Assembly: GCA_047600945.1 (NCBI GenBank)
Contig: JASGKC010000001.1
Location: 5,337,209 to 5,401,208, forward strand
DNA from: Tepidisphaeraceae bacterium
GTDB lineage: Bacteria > Planctomycetota > Phycisphaerae > Tepidisphaerales > Tepidisphaeraceae
Length of the DNA: 64,000 bases
Direction: 5' to 3'
In this document: positions 48,325 to 58,544 of the stretch, piece after piece
How the letters are laid out: every line of letters starts with the position of its first letter
Numbering within the stretch: position 1 is the first letter of the stretch
Program-made: the position numbers and the translations under genes
The notes under the pieces: model-generated
The model's database searches: none
What the model saw: only the letters and a program-made list of their open reading frames with translations
What the model was told of the DNA's origin: nothing

Positions 48325-50475
48325 ATGTCCGTCGAATCGCCAGTCCTCGCCGGCTTGGCCGTCCTCGTGGGCGGCGTTCTGGTGTGGCTGGCCGTCTGCG
48401 GGGGCCGTCGCGCGTGGAGATTCCTCCTGGCCGTCGGGGCGACGCTCCTGCTGCTCGCCGGCGCCGGTGTGCACGCGATGTGGCGCACGCCGGCAACGAT
48501 CGTGGCGCTGGTCGATGTCTCGCCGAGCACCCGCGGGGCGTCGTATCGATCGATCGATGCCCTACGCGAACGACTTCGCACGCTCGCCGGATCGACCAAC
48601 ATCCGTGTCATTCGTTTCGCGAGCGGCCTACTCGAAGGAAACGACGACGCCCTACAAGACGTGCCGACCGATCGTACCTCCGTCATCCTGCCCGATGCCG
48701 ACGCCGTGCTGCTGTTCAGCGACGGCCGCGCGGACATCACGCGGTCGCGAGCGCACGTGTTTCCCGTGATCGATCCAGAACTGGAGAAAGCCGGCGACGG
48801 CCGGGTGACGGCGATCGAGCGTGTCGGCGATCGCGTGATCGCGACGGTGCATGCGGCCACGACACGGCAACTGTCCGAGCCATCGCGGACAATCGACGCG
48901 GGCGACGCGGTGGTGGAGTTCGTCACGCCGGCCGACCAAGCGGCGCGCGTCGCGCTCGCGCGAGGGGATCGCTGGCCGGAGAACGACACGCTTACGCTCG
49001 GCCCGATGGTCGGCCGCGCCACGCAGCGCTGGTGGCTCGGCGCGAACGCGCCGGCCGGTTGGCAGGCTCGTGCTTCGCCCCCGGTTGATCGGTCGGAGTG
49101 GCTCGGCGTGTCCGTCGTCGTGCTGAACGACGTTTCGACCGCCTCACTCGACCTGCCGACGCAGCAAGCACTCGCGACCTACGTCCGGGACCTCGGCGGC
49201 GGGCTGGTGATCGTCGGCGGCCCGCATACGTTGTCAGCCGGCGGGTATGCGGGCACGCCGCTGGACGCGCTGTCGCCGCTGTCGAGCACGCCGCCGATGC
49301 CGCAGCGGCGGTGGATCATCCTCGTCGATGCCAGCGGTTCGATGGCCGAAGCCACGGATGGTCGTTCGCGACTGTCGACCGCGCTCGATGCCGCCCTCGC
49401 GGCCGGTCGTTCAGTGCCGCGCGCGGACCGCATCGACCTCGCGACCTTCGCGCGCGACATGCATTGGCTGACGCGAAGCGCATCGCCCGACGCACTGACT
49501 GTCCCGACCGACATGCCTGCTTCGGGGCCGACGAACCTCCGCGCAGCACTCGAATCGATCCTGTCGGAACCACAAGGCGAGGTGCCAACCGAACTGATCC
49601 TGCTCACCGACGGCAACGCCGAACTGGGCGACGTGGCGGCACTGCGACGTCAGCTAGATAACCGGCACATCAACGTCCGCCTGCTTGCCCTCGCACCGAT
49701 CGCAGACGATTCGACGATTCGGCAAGTCGCATCGTCGGTCGAGACTTCGACCGAACCGTCGCTTTGGTCCGCCGATGCGGTGCGGCTTACCTCGACGTCG
49801 GCATTGCAGCCGATGATCGAAGGAAAAGCCTGGCTCCCATCACTCGGCGTGACGATTCGCGGCTGGAACCGCGTCTGGCTACGCACGGACGCGACCGAAC
49901 TGGCCCGGTCGCGCGACGACGTGCTCGCGGCGACGTGGCGCGTCGGAACGGGCCGGGTGACGACGCTGGCGTTCGAAGCGTCGAGCGGCTTGGTCGAGAA
50001 GCAGGCCGATGACGTGCGGGCCACACCGACCGACCCGACGCTGAGCGTGCGATGGTCGGCCGATACGGTGGTGGTTCACGCGACCGATACGGCCGGCAAA
50101 CCGCAAAACGGGCTGACCCTGTCGGCCCACGTCGACGATCGTGTGATCGAGCTCATGCAGACGGCACCGGGCGAGTATCGTGGCACGTTCCCGCGAGCCC
50201 CGGCTCCGCGCATCGGCCGATTGCTGAGGACCGACGCGCTCGTCGACGTCGGCACGATTGAAGCCCGGTACGCCGAGGAGTTCGACGCCATCGGCATCGA
50301 TCGATCGACGTTGACCGCACTCGCCCGCGACACGGGCGGCGAGGTCGTCGAGCCGAATCGGTCGACGCCGCTCTCGATCGTCAGGCCGACGCGGTCCGTC
50401 GACGCATCGCTTACGCTGGGCGTTTCAGGTCTCGCGCTGCTCGGCGCCGGCCTCGTCGCGTGGCGGCTGCGGTAA
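48325..50475 (+). CDS. Membrane protein with von Willebrand factor A domain (BatA/BatB-like)
   Basis: Two N-terminal TMs; MIDAS motif ILVDASGSM; glutamine-amidotransferase-like fold segment GGGLVIVGG; C-terminal TM. Confidence 0.55.
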   Translation: MSVESPVLAGLAVLVGGVLVWLAVCGGRRAWRFLLAVGATLLLLAGAGVHAMWRTPATIVALVDVSPSTRGASYRSIDALRERLRTLAGSTNIRVIRFASGLLEGNDDALQDVPTDRTSVILPDADAVLLFSDGRADITRSRAHVFPVIDPELEKAGDGRVTAIERVGDRVIATVHAATTRQLSEPSRTIDAGDAVVEFVTPADQAARVALARGDRWPENDTLTLGPMVGRATQRWWLGANAPAGWQARASPPVDRSEWLGVSVVVLNDVSTASLDLPTQQALATYVRDLGGGLVIVGGPHTLSAGGYAGTPLDALSPLSSTPPMPQRRWIILVDASGSMAEATDGRSRLSTALDAALAAGRSVPRADRIDLATFARDMHWLTRSASPDALTVPTDMPASGPTNLRAALESILSEPQGEVPTELILLTDGNAELGDVAALRRQLDNRHINVRLLALAPIADDSTIRQVASSVETSTEPSLWSADAVRLTSTSALQPMIEGKAWLPSLGVTIRGWNRVWLRTDATELARSRDDVLAATWRVGTGRVTTLAFEASSGLVEKQADDVRATPTDPTLSVRWSADTVVVHATDTAGKPQNGLTLSAHVDDRVIELMQTAPGEYRGTFPRAPAPRIGRLLRTDALVDVGTIEARYAEEFDAIGIDRSTLTALARDTGGEVVEPNRSTPLSIVRPTRSVDASLTLGVSGLALLGAGLVAWRLR

Positions 50476-50477
50476 CG

Positions 50478-51047
50478 TCACAGCAGCTTGATCGTCCACT
50501 CGACGCCGTTACCAACGGCCACCTCGGCGCTGCTGGCGTCCTTTCGGTCGCGCAAATACGCAACGTACTCGGCCAGTTCCGCTCGGTGCGTGCTGGCGTT
50601 GTCGGTCAGGATGCTGCCGCCCGTGCGCAGCTTGGGCCAGACCAGATCGAAGTAGGCACGGCAGCGGTCCTTGTCGGCGTCGATGAAGACCAGGTCGAAC
50701 GGCCCCTCAAGCGACGCGAGCACGTCGGCGGCGTCGCCCTGGTGGTTGGTGATGATCGTGTCGAGGTGTGCCTTGCGGAACGTCTCGCGCGACATCTGCA
50801 CCTTGCGCGGGTCCTTGTCGATCGTGTGCACGTGCCCATTCGCGACACGCATGGCCGCGCCCCAGAACAGGCCGCTGAAGCCGTAGCTCGTGCCGATCTC
50901 CACGATCGTCTTCGCGCCGGTGGAGAGTGCGGTCTGGTGGAGCATCTCGCCCTCCTCGCGCGAGATTTGCCACGCGTCGTTGCGGGTCTTGGCGAGCGCG
51001 TCGAGTTCGCGAATCTGGGTCAGGATGTCGTCGGGGATTTGCGCCAT
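50478..51047 (-). CDS. Class I SAM-dependent O-methyltransferase (family 3, CCoAOMT-like)
   Basis: VEIGTSYGFSGL (motif I), FDLVFIDADK, and C-terminal Rossmann region. Confidence 0.8.
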   Translation of the reverse strand: MAQIPDDILTQIRELDALAKTRNDAWQISREEGEMLHQTALSTGAKTIVEIGTSYGFSGLFWGAAMRVANGHVHTIDKDPRKVQMSRETFRKAHLDTIITNHQGDAADVLASLEGPFDLVFIDADKDRCRAYFDLVWPKLRTGGSILTDNASTHRAELAEYVAYLRDRKDASSAEVAVGNGVEWTIKLL

Positions 51048-51181
51048 GGGGCCGATGAGTTTACGAAGCGCGATGCGATTGGGAAATCTCCGGCAAGACG
51101 GCTGCGAAGCGGAATCCTGCGTCCCTTGCGCGGTCGAACGCCACATGGGGCCGCGATTTCGCGTATGGTTCCGGCATCGGG

Positions 51182-52162
51182 ATGGAGCCCATCGCCGCGC
51201 AAACTCTCCTGCCGACCCCTGTCGAGGCGCGACGCCGAGCGCGTCGTGCCGAGTGGATGCTGCTGATCGCGACGGCCGTATGGGGACTGAGCTTCGCGCT
51301 GGCCAAGAACCTCGGCAACACGTTCAACTCCGCTGGTGGCCTGCCAGCGCAGCACGCGTTCGGGCAGCTCGCGCTGACGTTTGTGCGGTTCGCGATCGCG
51401 TCGATCATGTGGTTCGCCGTGTTAAAGTGGGCTCGAACGAACTGGACGTTCGACCTCGCCCGTCGCGGCGCGGTCATCGGCGTGCTGCTCGCGGTCGGCG
51501 TGATGCTCCAGCACGCGGGCCTGGCACATGTGAGCGAAGCGACGACCGCGTTCCTGACCAGCCTGTCGATCCTCTTCGTGGCGGGCGTGATGTGGGTCTT
51601 CTTCCACAAGCGTCCGACGCCGGCGCTGGCGCTCGCGATCACGATGGCGATTCCCGGCGTGTGGCTGATGAACGGCGGCGTGGTCGCGCGGGCGTGGGAG
51701 CCGGGCTCCTTGCTGGTGCTGGGCTCGTCGTTCGTGTTTGCGTGGCACCTGATTTCAATCAACGCGCTGGGAACGAACCGCAACCCGTGGAAGCTGGCCG
51801 GGGCGCAGTTCGTGTGCGTCGCAATCGGGGCCGGCATTGCAACGGGCGTCGCATGGCCGGCGCAATTCGACTGGTCGGTGCTGGCGAAACTCGGCGTCTG
51901 GACGCAGTTCGCGCTGTTGATCGCCGGGCCGACGTTCTTCAGCTTCGGCGTGATGACGAGCTACCAGCCGGCCGTCTCACCGACGCGGGCGGCGCTGATC
52001 TACCTGCTGGAACCGGTGTTCGCGGCGATCTTCGCATGGGGCATTAACGGCGCACCGATCACGCTCTGGATGCTGAGCGGCGGCGTGCTGATCCTGACCG
52101 CCAACGCGATGGTCGAGTTGTGGCCGAAGCACGCCGTCAGGCCCGGCGACGGCGCAGCGTGA
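51182..52162 (+). CDS. DMT superfamily transporter (two EamA domains)
   Basis: 10 TM helices in two EamA-like halves. Confidence 0.75.
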   Translation: MEPIAAQTLLPTPVEARRRARRAEWMLLIATAVWGLSFALAKNLGNTFNSAGGLPAQHAFGQLALTFVRFAIASIMWFAVLKWARTNWTFDLARRGAVIGVLLAVGVMLQHAGLAHVSEATTAFLTSLSILFVAGVMWVFFHKRPTPALALAITMAIPGVWLMNGGVVARAWEPGSLLVLGSSFVFAWHLISINALGTNRNPWKLAGAQFVCVAIGAGIATGVAWPAQFDWSVLAKLGVWTQFALLIAGPTFFSFGVMTSYQPAVSPTRAALIYLLEPVFAAIFAWGINGAPITLWMLSGGVLILTANAMVELWPKHAVRPGDGAA

Positions 52163-52958
52163 TCGCCGTGCCTGCCGCGAGCGAAGCCAGCGTCGTGGGT
52201 TCGGGCACGCCGAGCGGCTCGCCGTAGATGAAGTCGTCCATGAAGACGAGGTCTTGGTTGTTGGTCAGCACCTCATTCGCGCCTAGCACAGCGGTGCCGG
52301 ATTGGATGACGATTCGGCTGTAGCGGTTGGCCGGGTCGGTCAGGCCCAGGAACGACAGGCCGCCGCTCGGACCCGTCGGCACGGCGAATTGCCCGCCGTT
52401 GACACCGTTGGCGTAGAACACCGTGAACTTGGTCAGGCCGGCGAGTTCGACGTCGGTGAAAACGGCACCGAACCCCAACACGCTCGTTGGCGTGTTCGTT
52501 CCGGGCACGAAGAAATCGACCTGGACAGTATTGTTGCCCAGGGCCGTGAAAAGGCGTTCGGCGGAGAACGTCTGAGTATCGGCCGGATAGGCGGCGTTGA
52601 GGTCGCCAAATCGAACCGGCGTGGACGTGGGATTCGACGAATCCGCGCTGACGGCAAGGCCCGTTCCGGGGGTAGAGAAGACCACGCCGCGTGGGGAGTT
52701 GGAGTTGAAGAAGTTCGCCGGCAGCAGGTTGGGCGAGGCGAAGTTGTCGGGGACGCCGTCCCAGTTGATCTCGCGTCGGCCGGTAGGGAAACTGCCGCCG
52801 ACGCCGTTGTTCGCGCCAGGGCGGCGCGGAAGTTGTCGACGGCCGTCTGAATGTCCGCCGGCGCCGGGCCGGATGCCGAGAAGACCGTCGCACGCCCGTC
52901 ACTCGCCCACGGCACCACAACGAGACCGGCCAGCGAAACGGCGCGCAACGAGAGCTTC
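52137..52958 (-). CDS. PEP-CTERM sorting domain protein; frame interrupted by an apparent -1 shift near 52800
   Basis: Signal peptide MSFAKLSLRAVSLAGLVVVPWA in one frame; remainder incl. C-terminal VPEPTTLASLAAGTAITLRRRRA in the other. Confidence 0.6.
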
Positions 52959-53144
52959 GCGAATGACATGACTGCCTCCACCGCAAGAACACACGGGATG
53001 TGATAAGCGCTTGTGACCGGCCCCAGACCGGCCACGTTTGATAGCAGAAGAATATCGCGCACGATCTTGTCGCGCCAAGGCGATTTTTCGTCTTTCTCCA
53101 GTACGAATTCGTGAATCGTGCCGAAGGCCAGCAACCGCCGCCGA

Positions 53145-53714
53145 TTACTTCTTCAGGAAGTTCGCCAGCAGCTTCTCGCCCTGCTCGGTGAGGAAGCTTT
53201 CGGGGTGGTACTGCACGCCCTCAAGCGGCCAGGTCTTGTGGCGGACGCCCATGATCTCGTCGTCCCTAGTCTTTGCGACGACTTCAAACTCCGCGGGCAA
53301 GCTGCCGTTGCGGATGATGAGGCTGTGATACCGCGTGGCCGTGAACGGATTGGGCATGCCGACGTAGACGCCCTTGCCGTCGTGGAGGATTTGATCGGTC
53401 TTGCCATGCATGAGCTTGGCCGCCCGTTCGACAATGCCGCCGAACGTGTGGCCGATGCACTGGTGGCCCAGACAGACGCCGAGGATCGGCAGTTTCGGCG
53501 CAAATGCTTTGAGGACATCATTGCTGATGCCCGCCTCGCGTGGCGAGCACGGACCGGGACTGATGACGATGTGCGTAGGCTTCATGGCGTCGATCTGCTC
53601 GATCGTCACCTTGTCGTTTCGCAACACCTCGATGCGCAGGCCCGGCCTCACTTCGCCGAGCTTCTGCACGAGGTTGAACGTAAAGCTGTCGTAGTTGTCG
53701 ATCAGGACCAGCAT
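53145..53714 (-). CDS. trpG: Anthranilate/aminodeoxychorismate synthase component II (glutamine amidotransferase)
   Basis: MLVLIDNYDSFT, GVCLGHQ (catalytic Cys), and C-terminal HPES motif. Confidence 0.85.
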   Translation of the reverse strand: MLVLIDNYDSFTFNLVQKLGEVRPGLRIEVLRNDKVTIEQIDAMKPTHIVISPGPCSPREAGISNDVLKAFAPKLPILGVCLGHQCIGHTFGGIVERAAKLMHGKTDQILHDGKGVYVGMPNPFTATRYHSLIIRNGSLPAEFEVVAKTRDDEIMGVRHKTWPLEGVQYHPESFLTEQGEKLLANFLKK

Positions 53715-53944
53715 GGGAAGACCGCAAGGGTAGAGGGTCGGGGCACGGTCTTCAATCGATGAATGCGGAATGCCCGCCGGCTGCCTAAGGATGCGGATTT
53801 CGCAGGCTTCTGCACCGATGCCGCGTCTTCCGAAAACGATGCTGAGTCACAAGTCCTTTCTACTTCCGCCTCACGCTCGGGGTGGCTATCATTTGGTGCG
53901 TCGGATGGAGATTGCGGTCAACGGGGATCGAAGGGACCGAATTC

Positions 53945-54199
53945 ATGGGCGATGTCGCCAAAGATCATCTGGTCGTGCTCCAGATCGAAGGCATGCACTG
54001 CCACCGCTGCGAACGCGCGATCCAACAGGCATTGGGCGGCTTCCCCGGCGTACGCGAAGTCGAAGTCGACTTCCTGTCGGGCCAAGCCTCCGTCCTCCAC
54101 GAACCGGGCAGCCCCACCGTCCAAGAGATGATGGACGCCGTCAACGACGCCGGCTACAAGGCGACGGGGTATGTGGAGAAGCAACTCGATGTCGCCTGA
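53945..54199 (+). CDS. Heavy-metal-associated (HMA) domain protein
   Basis: Ferredoxin-like beta-alpha-beta-beta-alpha-beta pattern with GMHCHRCE metal-binding loop variant. Confidence 0.6.
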   Translation: MGDVAKDHLVVLQIEGMHCHRCERAIQQALGGFPGVREVEVDFLSGQASVLHEPGSPTVQEMMDAVNDAGYKATGYVEKQLDVA

Positions 54200-54300
54200 T
54201 CGCTTGATTTCGAATTGCGACATGCGAATTTCGAATTGAGTTCGCAGACGCATCGCTCGTTCCTCAATTCGCAATTCGAAATCCGCAATTCGCAATGCCC
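54190..54300. repeat. AT-rich tandem/inverted repeat island (TTCGAATT / AATTCGCAAT units); probable terminator
   Basis: CGAATTTCGAATTGAG...CTCAATTCGCAATTCGAAATCCGCAATTCGCAAT; related AATCGCAAAT units at 13355-13400. Confidence 0.4.
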
Positions 54301-54801
54301 CGTCGTTCACTCCCTGTCGTCCCCTGGTATAGCGAAGGCCTCTCCTTCACTTGCACCCAGTGCGGCAACTGCTGCACGGGCGGGCCGGGGTATGTGTGGA
54401 TGAGCGATGACGAAGTTCGCATCCTCGCCGACCACCTGAAGCTCAGCGTCGAAGAGACCGTGAAAAAGCATTGCCGGCTCATCAACGGCCGGCTCAGCCT
54501 GAAGGAACGCAAGACGCCCAAGGGCCTGTACGACTGCGTCTTCCTGATCGACCTGCCGACCACCGACGGCTCCGTGAAACGCGGCTGCGGCATCTACCCG
54601 GTGCGACCGCTCCAGTGCCGGACTTGGCCCTTCTGGGATGGGAACCTCGAAACCCGCGAGAGCTGGCAACGCGCCAAGCGCACCTGTCCCGGCCTCGACA
54701 AGGGCAAGCCGTTCACGGTCGAGCAGATCATCGCCCTGCGCGATGCCGAGGTCTGGCCCGGCACCGAGCAGACGCCCACGTCGGCGAAAACGAAAGCATG
54801 A
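54295..54801 (+). CDS. YkgJ family cysteine-cluster protein (UPF0153)
   Basis: CTQCGNCCTGGPG and CPGL Cys cluster typical of the YkgJ/FliB-like family. Confidence 0.75.
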   Translation: MPRRSLPVVPWYSEGLSFTCTQCGNCCTGGPGYVWMSDDEVRILADHLKLSVEETVKKHCRLINGRLSLKERKTPKGLYDCVFLIDLPTTDGSVKRGCGIYPVRPLQCRTWPFWDGNLETRESWQRAKRTCPGLDKGKPFTVEQIIALRDAEVWPGTEQTPTSAKTKA

Positions 54802-54967
54802 TTCGACGTGACTCGGCGCGTTCGGCATAATCGCGTGACATGCCCGGGGAACGTCCAGTGTCGCCGCTCGTGCTGGCCGAGTTGTATGACTCCGCCGATG
54901 CGTCGTTCCTGACGCGACTCCTCACGCCTCGACTCGATTTGCGTCCGATGGTCGGCCTGATCGAGCG

Positions 54968-56523
54968 ATGGAAGAAAGACAACAGCGCCTGGCGCGCCAG
55001 CTCAAGCTGTCGTACGCAACACGACCGCCTGCCGCGCAGCGCGAGCCGCTGATCTTCAAGCGGCTCTTCAAGCACGCCGACGCCACCGGCGATCACGAGT
55101 TGATGGCCGCGTTCCTTGTCGCGACGGATCGGCTGATCCGCCGCAAGCGTCGTAAACGCGTCCGCTGGGCGCAGGGAACGCTCGAAACGAGCGAAGTCCT
55201 CCGCGTCGCTTCGAACTACAACGGCCTGTTCCGATCGAACGCGACGAATCACTATGTCCGCCGTCGCGCGTGGCGGCACTTCCGTCGGCTGGGCTTTCGC
55301 GACCCGGCCACCTATCGCACGCACGTCGCCGCGGCTCTGGCACGCTACGACGATGCCGACGTCCGCGCCGGCGAGAACCTGCTCGACTGCTGGGGCCTGA
55401 TGCACGCCTGCTTCGGCAAGAGCAAGGAGATCGCCTTCGACGCCCGGCACACGAACATCGCGCCCAGTGGCGTCTTCGCGAACCTGTCGGCCGCACCGAT
55501 GTTCGAGCGGCACTGGGCCGACGCGGCCGGGCTGCCTGTACTGCTCGACCTGCTCCTGGCCGCACGATGCAGGCCCGTGCGCGTGTGGGCCATCCAACTG
55601 CTGAAGCGTCTGCACAAGCCGGCGCTGTGCGCGTCGATGCGACCCTGATCGTGAAACTGATCGACCACGAAGACGCCGATGTCGCTGCGTTCGCGGCCGA
55701 GTTGTTGGCGGACGCCGATGCGGTGTCGTCGTTCCCGATCCCGACGTGGCTCGCCCTGCTCGCCACCCGCAACCCGGCCGTCACGGCGACGGTCGCTGAC
55801 GCCTTCCGCAAGCACGTCGATTTCGCCCGCGTGACCGCGACGCAGGCCATCGAACTGGCGCTGCGTGCACCGGTGCCGGTCGCGGCGCTCGGGCTCGACA
55901 TCCTGTTGACGCGCGAGTTTCGCACACCGGCCGATCGTGCGTTGCTTGCGCGGTTGAGCGCAGCCGAGTGTGCCGCACTCGCCGATGCCATCGCCCGCTT
56001 CGCCCTGCCCAAGCTGAACCGTCCGGGCGGATACGACATCGACGACCTCACAGGCTTCTTCGACAGCCGATTCCGGACGATGCGCAGCGGCGCCTTCGCT
56101 GCACTCACCCCACAATCGCCGGCCGACACCGATCCGGCCTTCTGGTCTCGGCTTTTCGAATCGCCTTACGACGACGTGCGCACTGAGCTCGTCGCGCGGT
56201 TGAAGACGCGATCGAACTTGCCAGGCGCGTCGAGCGATTCACTCGCGTCGCTCTGGACCAACGTGCTGCTGAGCATCCACCGAGGTGGCCGGGCGAAGCT
56301 GTCGGCGCTACGCCAGATCAGCGATCACATCCGCGCGAACCCGTCGACCACACGCATCCTTCTGCCGGTGCTGGCGATCGCGATCCGCTCGGTGCGCGCC
56401 CCCGAAGCCCGGCACGGCCTGGCCGCGATCGTGGCCGCGACGCAGCGCGAGCCGTCGCTGCTGACCCGCGTGGCCGAGGCGTTTCCCGACCTGCAACTCG
56501 ACGCCACCGTGGGGGTGCCATGA
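54968..56523 (+). CDS. Hypothetical alpha-helical (HEAT-like repeat) protein; frame interrupted by an apparent -1 shift near 55620-55650
   Basis: Two consecutive sense-looking frames (54968-55648 and 55650-56523); downstream half has HEAT-like helical repeats; stop overlaps next start (ATGA at 56520). Confidence 0.45.
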
Positions 56524-58226
56524 TCGAGACGTTCGTTTATGCCGGATCGAGCGGCGTGGTCGATCGCCCCGAGGGCCGATCGATCCGGCTGGCGCCAAAC
56601 CTCGTGCGCGAGCCGGTCGCGTTCGACGCGGAGTTGCGCCATCCGCTTCGTTTTCGCGAAGCGATTAGCGCGTTGCACGACGTTGTGGTGAGCGATCTCC
56701 GCTTCAAGAAGAAGGACAAGACGGCATACAAGGCGTGGCTGAAGGAGCAGGCGAATCGTGACGCCGCCGTCCGACGCGACGCCTGGCGGGCGGCCAACGA
56801 ACAACTGCAAGCCGCCCACGCAACGCCGTTGCCGCCGGAGTTCGAGGCCGACTACACCGCCGCCCGCAAGCTGTACTGGTCGGCCCGCGACCAGTACAGC
56901 GATTACCTCCGCAAGCACGACCCCGCGCTCTGGCGCACGCTGATGCCGAGCGACCCAGTCATTACCGTCGCGAATGACGTCGTGTTCTTCGAGTGCTTCT
57001 CGAAGGACGAATCCGCCTACGGCTGCCTCTACACGCGCCGCGCCGACGCGTTCGGCCCCAGCAGCACGTTGCAGGTCGGCACCACGAACGTCGACTATTC
57101 CGAAGCGCTGTACGAGCAGTTCCAGACGCTGCGGACGTATCGCCCGACGAAGTTCAGCCTCGACCCGGAAGGTTTTTCGGTTCAGCGTGCAGCGCAGGAA
57201 ACGCCGGCGCATCGCGAAGAAAAGATCGACTTGCCCAACACGTGGCTGAGCGGCTTCATGAAGCTGCAAGCCGCCATGACGATGCCGACGACGCGCGTGC
57301 CGCTGTCGCGCGAGTGCGTCTATTCGCTGCTGGCGTTTTTGAAGCGGAATATCGCCAAGCGCAGCCCGCGGGCGCTTCGGTTCGAACTCGATCCGGGCAA
57401 GCCGGCCCGACTGGTGCTGGAGCCGTGGGAGAAGGCATTCCAAGTCGTCGGCCCCGCGTACGCCGGCCCGCGCACGCCGGCGATTCGCGTGTGGGGCACG
57501 CGCCGGCTGCTCGTGCTGGCGCGGCTGCTGCCGCTGGCGGAATCGATCGAAGTGCACTTGCTCGCGACGGGCCTGCCCAGCTTCTGGGTGGTTCGCATGG
57601 GTGAGATGACGTTCGTGCTGGGCCTGTCGGGCTGGACGACGAACGACTGGTCGCGTGGCTCGGCGCTCGACCTGCTTGAACCGCCCCGCGCGATCAGCCG
57701 GGAACTCGTCGGGGCGACCGTGCGGTCGCTGAAGACACGTCGCTCGGCCACGCTCGCCGAGGTACAGGCCGACATGGGCGAGGGCGATCCGTTCCTCGTC
57801 GGCCAGGCGCTGCGTCACCTGGCCGAGATGGGACAGGTCGTGTTCGACCTGACGACCGGCGTCTATCGCTACCGGCAGATTCTCACCGTGCCCGAGGCCG
57901 AGACGCTGCTGGCGCACGAGAGCGAGGAAGTCGCCGCGGCGCGGAAGCTGGTCGCGGAGCGGCGGTTTGAGCTGGTCGATCGCCAGGACGGGCCGAGCCT
58001 GTCGCGGGTAATCATCGGAAAGGTCGAAAGCACGCCGGTGGAGATCCTGGTCGATCCGGACGACCGCATCCGGCGCGGCAAGTGCCTGTGCAGTTATTTC
58101 AAGCAGTACGGTTTGAGGAACGGCCCGTGTCGTCACATGATCGCCCTGCGTTGGGGCCTGAGCGTGACGGGCTTGGCGGCATTGCAGCAAAGCGAAGCGT
58201 TCAATCGAATGCTGGGTCGAAGTTGA
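56520..58226 (+). CDS. SWIM zinc-finger domain protein
   Basis: C-terminal CxC...CxH SWIM motif RGKCLCSYFKQYGLRNGPCRHMIALRWGL; 568 aa. Confidence 0.7.
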   Translation: MIETFVYAGSSGVVDRPEGRSIRLAPNLVREPVAFDAELRHPLRFREAISALHDVVVSDLRFKKKDKTAYKAWLKEQANRDAAVRRDAWRAANEQLQAAHATPLPPEFEADYTAARKLYWSARDQYSDYLRKHDPALWRTLMPSDPVITVANDVVFFECFSKDESAYGCLYTRRADAFGPSSTLQVGTTNVDYSEALYEQFQTLRTYRPTKFSLDPEGFSVQRAAQETPAHREEKIDLPNTWLSGFMKLQAAMTMPTTRVPLSRECVYSLLAFLKRNIAKRSPRALRFELDPGKPARLVLEPWEKAFQVVGPAYAGPRTPAIRVWGTRRLLVLARLLPLAESIEVHLLATGLPSFWVVRMGEMTFVLGLSGWTTNDWSRGSALDLLEPPRAISRELVGATVRSLKTRRSATLAEVQADMGEGDPFLVGQALRHLAEMGQVVFDLTTGVYRYRQILTVPEAETLLAHESEEVAAARKLVAERRFELVDRQDGPSLSRVIIGKVESTPVEILVDPDDRIRRGKCLCSYFKQYGLRNGPCRHMIALRWGLSVTGLAALQQSEAFNRMLGRS

Positions 58227-58234
58227 GAAGGAAA

Positions 58235-58535
58235 GGAGCCTCGAATCCGCCGACGGTCGGCATGCTGAAGCGGGGTGGTGCGAGCGTAAGCCCGCACGCG
58301 TCCTGAGACTCTCTCCGCGATGTTCCGTCGCGGGTGCAGCTTGCCTCCCCATTGCGTCCCCAAGGCCGTTGTTCGTTCGGGCACCGTGCGAGCTATCGCA
58401 GGTGCCCATGAACAACCCAAGGGTTGCCCCTGCGATAGCTCGCACGGTGCCCATGGTGAACGACCTTGGTCCGAAGGTTGAAGTCAGGATGGCCGCGTGG
58501 ATGCGGGCCGATCCGTCGGTGGATTCGATGTTCCT
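58235..58535 (+). ncRNA. Candidate retron-type non-coding RNA (msr/msd-like): a1/a2 inverted repeats flanking a long hairpin
   Basis: a1 AGGAGCCTCGAATCCGCCGACGG (58235-58257) vs a2 CCGTCGGTGGATTCGATGTTCCT (58513-58535): 20/23 complementary, 2 of 3 mismatches G-U compatible; internal perfect 24-bp stem GGGCACCGTGCGAGCTATCGCAGG (58379-58402) / CCTGCGATAGCTCGCACGGTGCCC (58429-58452). Confidence 0.45.
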
Positions 58536-58544
58536 TTAAGGCCC

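Noticed and set aside
54840-55052. 70-aa ORF upstream of and overlapping the HEAT-like gene start
   Set aside because: Could be a genuine N-terminal part of the HEAT-like protein separated by yet another -1 shift (sequence LVLAELYDSADASFLTRLL looks protein-like), but evidence is too thin to call; noted in the frameshift finding instead.
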